Shown here one piece after another: positions 1 to 7,513 of a DNA stretch of 11,379 nt. Made by a program: the position numbers and the translations under genes. The stretch lies in the UHGV virus genome UHGV-1549875; one strand, given 5' to 3'. Source of the DNA: a virus. Within the stretch, counting starts at the first letter, position 1; the number at the start of each line of letters is the position of its first letter. The notes under the pieces were generated by a model that saw only the letters and a program-made list of their open reading frames with translations, had not been told where the DNA came from and searched no databases.

Positions 1-212
1 ACAACCCAAGCCAGTAAGTGGGGAAATAACACTGGCAGCCACTGAAAGATGAACCTCCAGCCTTATGGCAAAAAAGATTCTTTGTGGTGGCGGACTGATG
101 GAAAGACATCGGTTATTGCAGAGGCCATTCAATGAGTGGTCTCGACAATGGCTTATACCCTACACGGGATAACTTAACTGATATCCCTTTTGACGGATAA
201 ACGGAGCCAACA

Positions 213-455
213 ATGGCAGAGATTATTCCCATGACTGAAGAACAGAAATTCAAGTTAGAAATTTACCGACTGCTATCTAAGAACAATTCAGCGGCAGAGG
301 AAGCTTTTGCATTCATTGGTGCTGACCAACTGAAACTGGAATTGTTCAAGTTGCACTACAACGATGGTGGTGCAAATCCAGACTTCACATCTCGCACTAT
401 CGAAGCGGTGCGTAAATCGAAGGAAGCGTTAGACCTGTTCACTACCGGAGCATAA
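213..455 (+). CDS. Hypothetical small protein (80 aa) immediately upstream of the small terminase gene
   Basis: ORF from the track; GGAG about 8 nt upstream of the ATG at 213; TAA stop at 453-455 lies 2 nt before the small terminase ATG at 458, suggesting co-transcription and coupling. No motif I recognise (no HNH-type Cys/His pattern). Confidence 0.5.
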   Translation: MAEIIPMTEEQKFKLEIYRLLSKNNSAAEEAFAFIGADQLKLELFKLHYNDGGANPDFTSRTIEAVRKSKEALDLFTTGA

Positions 456-457
456 AC

Positions 458-901
458 ATGGCACGCCCAACAAAGTATCAAGAGGCGTATGCCGAACAGG
501 CACGCAAACTGTGCTTGCTGGGCTACACCGATGCAGAACTTGCTGATTTCTTTGAAGTCAGTGAGTCAACTATTAACAAGTGGAAGCTTGATTATCCTAA
601 GTTTTCGGAGTCCATAAAAAAGGGTAAGGCCGTCGCTGATGCAGAAGTTAGTGATCGTCTTTATCAACGCGCTATGGGCTTCGTGGCTCCAGACATCGAT
701 ATTCGTGTTATTGAAAACAGAATTGTCGAAACTCCGCTTAAGAAGTATTACCCGCCTGATACAACTGCCGCCATCTTCTGGCTCAAGAACAGACAGAAAG
801 ATAAATGGCGAGAGAAGCAGGACGTCAACCATACATCTGATGACGGCTCCATGACTCCAAAAGCTCCAGTGTATAACATTGTAAAAAGCGAGACGCAATG
901 A
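458..901 (+). CDS. Terminase small subunit (DNA-recognition subunit), 147 aa
   Basis: Position directly upstream of and overlapping (ATGA at 898-901) the large terminase; size typical of small terminases; N-terminal region (ARPTKY...LGYTDAELADFFEVSESTINKWK) looks like a helix-turn-helix DNA-binding domain; basic, charged C-terminal half. Sequence is not the P22 gp3 type as I recall it. Confidence 0.78.
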   Translation: MARPTKYQEAYAEQARKLCLLGYTDAELADFFEVSESTINKWKLDYPKFSESIKKGKAVADAEVSDRLYQRAMGFVAPDIDIRVIENRIVETPLKKYYPPDTTAAIFWLKNRQKDKWREKQDVNHTSDDGSMTPKAPVYNIVKSETQ

Positions 902-2376
902 CAGAGCAATGCAGCATTCCTGAAGCGTTTGAGGAATACCTGCAGCCAGCCAGATTCAAGGTAGCTTATGGCGGGCGAGGTTCCGCCAAGACGCGAACGT
1001 TCATAACAATCCTCCTCAATAACGTCATCTATCACGGATGGAAGCTTATCTGTTTTCGTGAGTACATGAAGTCCATCAAGGAATCATGCTATGCGGAAAT
1101 TGTTGAAGAGATTAACCGCCGAAACCTCCACTCACTGGTGACTATCAATAAGACAGAGATATTTGCCAATAGCGGCGGACGTATCAGTTTCGACTTCCTG
1201 CGCCTTAACGTGGAAAATATCAAAGGTTACGCAAACTTCGATGCCGCCCTTGTAGAGGAAGCAGAAAACGTATCAAAGGACTCATGGGAAACGCTTATCC
1301 CAACGGTACGTAAAGAGTTCTACAGCGCTGAGTATGGTCGAGTGGTTGAGTCGGAAATATGGGTTGCATACAACCCGAAGAACAGACTCAGCGATACACA
1401 TCAGCGCTTTGTTACGAATCGCATATACCCCGACTATGACGAAAACGGTAATCGCTACTGCATCGTCAAGCAGATCAACTACACAGCTAATCCATGGTTC
1501 CCGGAAACTCTCCGCAGGGATATGGAGATTATGAAGAAGGCTAATCACGAGCTTTATCGGCATGTGTATCTTGGTGAACCGGTGGGGGCATCAGAAATGG
1601 CTATTATCAAGTTTGCATGGTTAGAGGCTGCAACAGACGCCCACATTAAGCTCGGATGGAAAGCTAAAGGTGCAGTGATTGCAGCGCATGACCCGTCAGA
1701 CACCGGCCCAGATGCCAAAGGATATGCAGTGCGACATGGATCAGTTGTTAAGCGCGTATGTGAAGGGCTGCTCATGGATATAAACGAGGGTGCTGATTGG
1801 GCATCTTCATTGGCGGTAATCGATGATGTTGATCATTTCCTGTTTGATGGAGATGGACTTGGAGCAGGGCTTCGTCGACAGATAACAGACTATTTCAGTG
1901 GAAAGAAAGTCACCGTAACAATGTTTAAAGGTAGTGAATCGCCATTCGACGAAGATGCTCCATATCAGGCTGGGGCATGGACTGATGAAGTTGTGCAGGG
2001 TGATAACGTCCGCACTATTGGAGATGTATTCCGAAACAAGCGAGCGCAGTTCTATTACACGCTGGCTGACAGGCTTTATCGAACATACCGGGCGGTTGTC
2101 CACGGTGAGTATGCAGACCCCGACGACATGCTGAGTTTCGACAAAGAAGCGATAGGCGAGAATATGCTGGAGAAGCTGTTTGCAGAACTGACGCAGATTC
2201 AGCGCAAATTCAATAACAACGGGAAGCTGGAGCTAATGACTAAGGTCGAAATGAAGCAGAAGCTCGGTATTCCATCTCCTAACCTGGCTGATGCGCTGAT
2301 GATGTGTATGCATTGCCCGGAGTCGGCTGCGCAACCCGACTATTCCAGTTACTCAATTCCTTGTGGTGTAGGTTGA
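898..2376 (+). CDS. Terminase large subunit (ATPase and nuclease), 492 aa
   Basis: Deviant Walker A near the N-terminus (YGGRGSAKT, about nt 970-993); Walker B-like hydrophobic stretch ending in acidic residues (FDAALVEEAE); C-terminal acidic segment (AAHDPSDTGPDAKGY) consistent with an RNase H-like nuclease domain; size and position between small terminase and portal as in P22 gene 2. Confidence 0.92.
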   Translation: MTEQCSIPEAFEEYLQPARFKVAYGGRGSAKTRTFITILLNNVIYHGWKLICFREYMKSIKESCYAEIVEEINRRNLHSLVTINKTEIFANSGGRISFDFLRLNVENIKGYANFDAALVEEAENVSKDSWETLIPTVRKEFYSAEYGRVVESEIWVAYNPKNRLSDTHQRFVTNRIYPDYDENGNRYCIVKQINYTANPWFPETLRRDMEIMKKANHELYRHVYLGEPVGASEMAIIKFAWLEAATDAHIKLGWKAKGAVIAAHDPSDTGPDAKGYAVRHGSVVKRVCEGLLMDINEGADWASSLAVIDDVDHFLFDGDGLGAGLRRQITDYFSGKKVTVTMFKGSESPFDEDAPYQAGAWTDEVVQGDNVRTIGDVFRNKRAQFYYTLADRLYRTYRAVVHGEYADPDDMLSFDKEAIGENMLEKLFAELTQIQRKFNNNGKLELMTKVEMKQKLGIPSPNLADALMMCMHCPESAAQPDYSSYSIPCGVG

Positions 2377-2377
2377 T

Positions 2378-4576
2378 ATGGCAGAAAAAAAGATGACTGA
2401 CTGGCATCGCAAGGTGCTGTGCAACTTTGATAATGCCTGGTCAGCAACGCAGGATATGCGTGAGCAGATTATTGAGGCTCAACGTTTCGTCCGGGTATCC
2501 GGCGCACAGTGGGAAGGCAGCACAAACGCTGGTTACTCATTTGATGAAGGCAGGTTTGAGCATTACCCGCGCTTTGAACTGAATAAGATTGCCCGTGAAT
2601 GTGATCGCATCATTGGCGAGTATCGACAGAATCGCATCAGCGTTAAATTCAGGCCGAAGGATGACAAGGCATCGGAAGCTTTAGCCGAAAAAATGAACGG
2701 AAAATTCCGCGCTGACTATCAGGAAACATCCGGTGGCGAAGCGTGTGATAACGCATTTGATGATGCCGTAACGGGTGGATTCGGTTGTTTCCGCATGTGT
2801 GCCGATTACGAAGATGAAATGGATCCGAGTAACGAGCAGCGACGCATCAGTCTTCTTCCTGTTTACGACCCGGCGACATGCGTTTTCTTCGATCAGGACA
2901 GCAAGCAATATGACCGCTCTGATGCTATGTGGGCTATGGAAATGTTCTCCATGACGCCTAAAGCGTTCGAGGCTGAATACCCTGATTCCATCGCGGCAAG
3001 CCTTTCTCGTGATGACACTGGCACTCAATATGACTGGTCAACGCCAGATGCCATCTATGTTGGTCGCTACTACGAAGTTCGCATAGAGAAGGTGAAGCTC
3101 ACGGCATGGCGCAACCCTGTTAGCGGAGAAACGGCAATCTATGATGAAGAGCAAATCAAAGATATTGTCGACGAGCTGACCGATGGCGCATTCGAACTGA
3201 TTGGTGAGCGGACAGTGAAGAAACGCAGAGTTTATTGCGGTCTTCTGTCTGGCGCTGAATGGCTGGAAGAACCGAAGCGTATTCCGGGCGAACACATTCC
3301 TCTCATCCCGGTATATGGGCGTCGCTCATTTGTTGATAATCAGGAGCGAATAGAAGGCCATGCAGCAAAAGCGATGGATGCACAGCGTCTTGAGAACCTG
3401 ATGGTTTCCATGATTGCAGATAACGCTACTCAGGCTGGCGGTGATGGCATTCCTGTAGTTGATGTTGACATGATTCCTGGTCCTCTTGCCACTCATTGGG
3501 CGGAGCGCAACAAAAAGCGCCCGGCGTTCCTGCCGATGGTCAGTCTGAAAAACAAAAACGGAGATATTACTGCGCAGGCTCAGGTCAGCAGTTATACACC
3601 TCCGACACAAATGCCGCCAGCTCTTGCCGGGCTATTGCAGTACACCGGAACGGCTATTCAGCAAATTACAGGTGCGTCGCAGCTTGAGAACATGCCGAGC
3701 AACGTCGCTACCGATACCGTTGATAGCATCTTTAACAGGATGGACACGCAGTCCTATATCTACATGGACAACATGGCTAAATCCATGCGTCGCGCTGGCG
3801 TTGTGTGGCTTTCTATGGCGCGTGAGGTCTATGGCAGTGATACGCCGATGCGTATCGTTAATGAGGACGGCAGCGATGACGTGGCGCTGATGACTGGTGA
3901 AGTGGTTGACCGTCAGACAGGGCAGGTTATCGCGCTTAATGACCTTTCGCAGGGCAACTATGAAGTGACTGTCGATGTCGGTCAGTCGTTCGCTACTCGC
4001 CGTGATGCAACGGTTAAGTCGTTACTTTCCATGCTGGCACTTATCCCACCAGGAACGCCGAAGCACGACCTTGTATCGTCGATGATTCTCGACAATATGG
4101 ACGGCGAAGGGATGGACGATCTGAAAGAATACAACCGCAATCAGTTGCTTCTGTCTGGCGTTATCAAGCCGAGAACGCCTGAAGAACAGCAGATGGTTGA
4201 GCAGGCGAAACAACAACAGGCCAGTCAGCAAGATCCGGCTATGGTTGCAGCGCAAGGTCAGCTTCTTGCAGGTCAGGCTGAATTGCAGAAAGCGCAGAAC
4301 GAACAGGCAGCCATTCAGGTTAAAGCATTCCAGGCACAGACTGATGCTCAGGTTGCAGCGGCAAACGTTGTGAAAATCCTCGCATCTGCCGATAGCCAGC
4401 AGAAATCTGATATCCGCGAGGCTCTGAAACTGCTCGGACAGTTCCAGCAACAGCAAGGAGACAATGCCCGTGCTGATGCAGAGCTTGTCCTGAAAAGTCA
4501 GGCACAGGGTCATGCGCAGCGCATGGACATCAGCAGCATCCTGCAAAAATCAACTCAGCAACAACCACAGCAGTAA
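2378..4576 (+). CDS. Portal protein (P22 gp1-like), 732 aa
   Basis: Size close to P22 portal (about 725 aa); recognisable similarity to my recollection of P22 gp1 in segments such as GEHIPLIPVYG, KKRRVY and the C-terminal PEEQQ...QDPAMV...AQGQLLAGQAELQKAQN...ARADAELVLK...QRMDI region; long Gln-rich helical C-terminus. Start at 2378 is 1 nt after the terminase TGA. Confidence 0.93.
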   Translation: MAEKKMTDWHRKVLCNFDNAWSATQDMREQIIEAQRFVRVSGAQWEGSTNAGYSFDEGRFEHYPRFELNKIARECDRIIGEYRQNRISVKFRPKDDKASEALAEKMNGKFRADYQETSGGEACDNAFDDAVTGGFGCFRMCADYEDEMDPSNEQRRISLLPVYDPATCVFFDQDSKQYDRSDAMWAMEMFSMTPKAFEAEYPDSIAASLSRDDTGTQYDWSTPDAIYVGRYYEVRIEKVKLTAWRNPVSGETAIYDEEQIKDIVDELTDGAFELIGERTVKKRRVYCGLLSGAEWLEEPKRIPGEHIPLIPVYGRRSFVDNQERIEGHAAKAMDAQRLENLMVSMIADNATQAGGDGIPVVDVDMIPGPLATHWAERNKKRPAFLPMVSLKNKNGDITAQAQVSSYTPPTQMPPALAGLLQYTGTAIQQITGASQLENMPSNVATDTVDSIFNRMDTQSYIYMDNMAKSMRRAGVVWLSMAREVYGSDTPMRIVNEDGSDDVALMTGEVVDRQTGQVIALNDLSQGNYEVTVDVGQSFATRRDATVKSLLSMLALIPPGTPKHDLVSSMILDNMDGEGMDDLKEYNRNQLLLSGVIKPRTPEEQQMVEQAKQQQASQQDPAMVAAQGQLLAGQAELQKAQNEQAAIQVKAFQAQTDAQVAAANVVKILASADSQQKSDIREALKLLGQFQQQQGDNARADAELVLKSQAQGHAQRMDISSILQKSTQQQPQQ

Positions 4577-4666
4577 TTAACCCATAACGTGCAATGGCTG
4601 TCTTTATGAGGCCTGGCACCCTATTGCCTTCCGATGGGCTGAACATCGAGTAAACAGGGGTAACAA

Positions 4667-5560
4667 ATGGACCAGATGGCAGAAAACACACCAGAAGTTG
4701 AAATCGAAACCGACGCGTCAGAGCAGATTCCTGATGATGTCGAACTGGCTGAAGAAGTCGAAACAGAAGATGGCAGTGAGTCCTCTGGCAATGATGCAGA
4801 GGAAGCTACTGAAACTGATGACGACGAATCAGAACAGGAATTCTACTTTGGTGACGAAAAGCTGGATTCGCCAACCAGCGAAGATAGCGCAGAGCATGGA
4901 CTGGTAAAACACCTGCGCAAGACGATTAAAGAGAAAGACCGCGAGCTGAAAGAGCTGATGCGTCAGTCTCAGAAACCCGTCGAGCAGCAGCCGGTAATCA
5001 CTCAACCACCGCGAATGCCAAAACTGGATGATGAGGACATCGGTTTCGATGAAGAAATCTACCAGCAACGCATGGCTAAGTGGGCAGAGGATAACGGCAA
5101 GTACCAGCAACAGGAGATGGCTCGCAAGCAGAAGGAGCAGGAGCTTCAGGCTGCCTATCAAGAGCGATTATCCAAATATCAGCAACGTGTTAAGGCTCTC
5201 AAAGTTCCTGGCTATCAGGAAGCAGAGCAGGCCGTACTCGAGGAAATCCCCATCGAGACACAAAACGCGATCCTGTTTGAGTCAGAGAAGCCGGAAATCG
5301 TTGTTCTGGCACTCGGTCGCAACGCTGAACTGCGCAAGCAACTGGCAGAAGCTACCAACCCCGTAGCAATTGGTCGTCTGCTGGAACGTATCGAATCGAA
5401 GGCCAGAATCATGCCAAAAGCAAAAACCACGGCAGCCACAACCCCGACAGTTAAGGGGAGCAACGGCGCAGTAATCAACAACCTCGACAAATTGAAAGCC
5501 AAGGCGCTGGAAACTGGTGACTGGACGCCGTATTTCGCCGCTAAAAAGGCAAAAAAATAA
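4667..5560 (+). CDS. Scaffolding protein (P22 gp8-like), 297 aa
   Basis: Between portal and coat genes; highly acidic N-terminal third; charged helical middle; C-terminal segment (PGYQEAE...LALGRNAELRKQLAEA...) resembles the helix-turn-helix coat-binding region of P22 gp8 as recalled; basic C-terminus (AKKAKK). AGGGG about 8 nt before the ATG. Confidence 0.85.
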   Translation: MDQMAENTPEVEIETDASEQIPDDVELAEEVETEDGSESSGNDAEEATETDDDESEQEFYFGDEKLDSPTSEDSAEHGLVKHLRKTIKEKDRELKELMRQSQKPVEQQPVITQPPRMPKLDDEDIGFDEEIYQQRMAKWAEDNGKYQQQEMARKQKEQELQAAYQERLSKYQQRVKALKVPGYQEAEQAVLEEIPIETQNAILFESEKPEIVVLALGRNAELRKQLAEATNPVAIGRLLERIESKARIMPKAKTTAATTPTVKGSNGAVINNLDKLKAKALETGDWTPYFAAKKAKK

Positions 5561-5578
5561 CCTATCGGAGCATTAAGC

Positions 5579-6832
5579 ATGGCTAACCAATTAGCAAAAG
5601 ACCTTGAAATCATGTTCGAAAACTACGTTGAAGGCTTTGAGGCCGCCTGCGTAGTTTCCCGTAACGCTAAAAAATTCCTTCCCGGTGATACAGCAATGCA
5701 GAGAGCAGGTGATGTTCTGTATCGTCCGCAGCATTACCACATGAACATTGAGGAAGGCCTCGACCTCAGCAGCAAAACGCCAACAGCACTGGTTCAGCGC
5801 CTTGTTCCTTCTGTGTTCAAGGAGCCGAAAAACATTCTGTACACTCTGGATGCGCGTGAAATGCGTGACCCGGAACATAAAACTGAAGCTGGTCGAGCCG
5901 CAGGTATGCGCCTTGCTGCACAGATTGACTCTGACCTGATTTCCATGGTCACGCAGCGTGCTACTAACGTGATCACAATGGCTGACTCAACCACTGGTTC
6001 ACAGGGCCGTGATTTGTGGAACTGTGCGGCAGGTATTGATGCCACCATGACGGCGATTGGTGTACCACAGGGTATCAACCGCCGCTCTTTCTGGAACCCC
6101 TTCAACTACAAAGACCTTGCTGGCGAGCTTGGTCACCGTGCCTATGCTCAGGGCGCAACCCTGACAGCATACGAAAAAGCGCAGATCCCTCCGGTTGCGT
6201 CCTTCGATAGCTACAAGACGGATATTTCTGGTCGTGTTCCGAAGGGTACAGCAACTTCCCTGACGCTGGCGGCTGAACCTGCGCACAAGGTTGAAGCGAA
6301 AGATGCCAACGATATGCCAGTGGATAACCGACAGGGGACTATTACGGTATCTGCATCTGGGTTGCAGGTTGGCGATGCGTTCACCATTGCTGGCGTGAAT
6401 TCTGTACACCAGATCACCAAAGACACCACCGGGCAGCCGCAGGTATTCCGCGTTCTGGCAGTAAGCGGAACGACAGTAACTATCTCCCCGAAAATTCTGC
6501 CGCCTGACAACGCGGATGTCGCCAGCCGACCATATGCAAACGTTGATGCTAACGCGGCAAATGGTGCAGCAATTACCATTCTCAACAAAAATGCCGCACC
6601 GGCTAACCTATTCTGGGCTGATGGTTCTGTTGAGCTGATGTACGGCAAACTGGCGTTCCCGACTGGTCAGGGTCCACAGGTAATGACAGCAACCACCGAG
6701 CAGGGCGCTACGCTGATCATGTCTTACGCCTTCGACCACATCAAAGGCGTAACCACTGCTCGTTTCACCACTCTGTATGGTTGCTCTGTACTTGTTCCTG
6801 AATATACGGGCATCGTTATTGCCGGGCAGTAA
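5579..6832 (+). CDS. Major capsid (coat) protein, 417 aa
   Basis: Immediately after the scaffolding gene with GGAG before the ATG; size in the range of P22-like coat proteins (HK97 fold with an inserted domain); followed by a strong stem-loop and T-tract as expected after a highly expressed capsid gene. Sequence differs from P22 gp5 as I recall it, so it may be another coat type (Sf6/CUS-3-like). Confidence 0.88.
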   Translation: MANQLAKDLEIMFENYVEGFEAACVVSRNAKKFLPGDTAMQRAGDVLYRPQHYHMNIEEGLDLSSKTPTALVQRLVPSVFKEPKNILYTLDAREMRDPEHKTEAGRAAGMRLAAQIDSDLISMVTQRATNVITMADSTTGSQGRDLWNCAAGIDATMTAIGVPQGINRRSFWNPFNYKDLAGELGHRAYAQGATLTAYEKAQIPPVASFDSYKTDISGRVPKGTATSLTLAAEPAHKVEAKDANDMPVDNRQGTITVSASGLQVGDAFTIAGVNSVHQITKDTTGQPQVFRVLAVSGTTVTISPKILPPDNADVASRPYANVDANAANGAAITILNKNAAPANLFWADGSVELMYGKLAFPTGQGPQVMTATTEQGATLIMSYAFDHIKGVTTARFTTLYGCSVLVPEYTGIVIAGQ

Positions 6833-6836
6833 TTTT

Positions 6837-6862
6837 GGTGGGGCTTCGGCCCCATTTTTATT
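6837..6862 (+). terminator. Putative rho-independent terminator or attenuator directly after the coat gene
   Basis: GC-rich hairpin GGGGC-TTCG-GCCCC (6840-6853; 5 G:C/C:G pairs, UUCG-type tetraloop), extendable by T:A and two G:U pairs to 6837-6856, followed by ATTTTTATT (6854-6862). Begins 5 nt after the coat stop. Confidence 0.65.
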
Positions 6863-6873
6863 GGGAGAAGACA

Positions 6874-7062
6874 ATGGCACGAACAATGCTCTATAAGCCG
6901 GGCAACATGATCACCTCTGGTCAGTTTGCTGTCGATTACATCATTGTTGATGACGAAGAAGTTAAATCTCACCTGAAAAAAGGCTGGGTAAAAACTCCTG
7001 AAGAAACCGCAACGAAGCAAAAAGTGGCTAAGGCGGAAGAAGATGGCGAAAACGAAGGGTGA
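6874..7062 (+). CDS. Hypothetical small protein (62 aa) between coat and gp4-like genes
   Basis: The track ORF 6835..7062 begins inside the terminator hairpin; the internal ATG at 6874 is preceded by GGGAGAAG (6863-6870), so I take 6874 as the start. Product MARTMLYKPG... has an acidic C-terminus (AEEDGENEG). Its 3' end overlaps the gp4-like start (7043) by 20 nt. Confidence 0.5.
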   Translation: MARTMLYKPGNMITSGQFAVDYIIVDDEEVKSHLKKGWVKTPEETATKQKVAKAEEDGENEG

Positions 7063-7504
7063 TCTCGTTCTTAAGGCTTTACGAAAAGCCGGGCTGTATT
7101 CCAATGCCACGTTGACAGATGCCGACCCTCAGGCAATTGAAGATGCCATTAATGACCTCGAAGACATGATGGCAGCATGGCAGGCGAAAGGTATCGAGCT
7201 TGGGTATCAGTTTGCTGATACAGAAAACGGCATCATGCCGTTGCCTGACGATGATTCAGGTATCCCTGCATGGGCAAATGATGGCGTCGCTTTGAAACTC
7301 GCTGTGCAAGTGTGCATGGATAACGTCATTCAGCCGTCAGACGCTCTCCTTACCGCTGCTGACAGTGCATATCAAACAATCTGTATCGCTTTAACCAAAA
7401 TACCACCACTTGAGCGGCGAGATGACATGCCTTGCGGTAGTGGTAACAAAAGCGCGTTTACGTGGAATCGGTTTTACATCGAGAAAGATGATCCGAGTAC
7501 GTGA
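7043..7504 (+). CDS. Head completion / tail accessory protein (P22 gp4-like), 153 aa
   Basis: N-terminal KTKGDLV...ALRKAGL...ATLTD...DLE.MMA.W and C-terminal MPCGSGN patterns match my recollection of P22 gp4; position after coat and before the gp10-like gene. Confidence 0.85.
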   Translation: MAKTKGDLVLKALRKAGLYSNATLTDADPQAIEDAINDLEDMMAAWQAKGIELGYQFADTENGIMPLPDDDSGIPAWANDGVALKLAVQVCMDNVIQPSDALLTAADSAYQTICIALTKIPPLERRDDMPCGSGNKSAFTWNRFYIEKDDPST

Positions 7505-7513
7505 GGTGAATAA

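Noticed and set aside
639-854. Alternative-frame + strand ORFs nested inside genes (639..854, 1334..1534, 1934..2134, 3496..3687, 3624..3890, 4698..4907, 5028..5366, 5748..5939, 9419..9625, 10965..11174).
   Set aside because: They are out of frame within longer, functionally coherent ORFs and have no independent start signals; most likely chance ORFs.
566-898. Minus-strand ORF (110 aa) and other minus-strand ORFs in the track (748..1035, 1282..1563, 1554..1775, 1807..2103, 2681..3028, 3038..3295, 3326..3610, 4022..4546, 4320..4505, 4829..5161, 5215..5613, 5591..5878, 5794..6105, 5999..6409, 6211..6648, 6608..6886, 6724..7110, 7605..7823, 7991..8188, 8557..8769, 9642..9953, 10341..10631, 10601..10855).
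   Set aside because: Each lies entirely within, or mostly antisense to, a well-supported + strand structural gene. The translations are Cys/Arg/Ser-rich low-complexity sequences typical of shadow ORFs, and none has a convincing ribosome-binding site.
2381-2395. A7 homopolymer tract at codons 2-5 of the portal gene (GCAGAAAAAAAGATG), considered as a slippage or phase-variation site or as a sign the true start is the second ATG at 2393.
   Set aside because: The tract simply encodes Glu-Lys-Lys, is short and sits in an essential gene; there is no second overlapping frame to shift into. The start choice (2378 versus 2393) stays slightly uncertain but does not change the call.
4175-4576. Gln-rich, repetitive-looking 3' end of the portal gene, considered as a DNA tandem repeat or low-complexity insertion.
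   Set aside because: There is no exact nucleotide tandem repeat; the composition matches the long helical C-terminal barrel of P22-type portal proteins.
6835-6873. Upstream ATG at 6835 as the start of the small ORF after the coat gene (track ORF 6835..7062).
   Set aside because: These 13 codons would be translated through the terminator hairpin and lack a ribosome-binding site, whereas the in-frame ATG at 6874 has GGGAGAAG 4-11 nt upstream.
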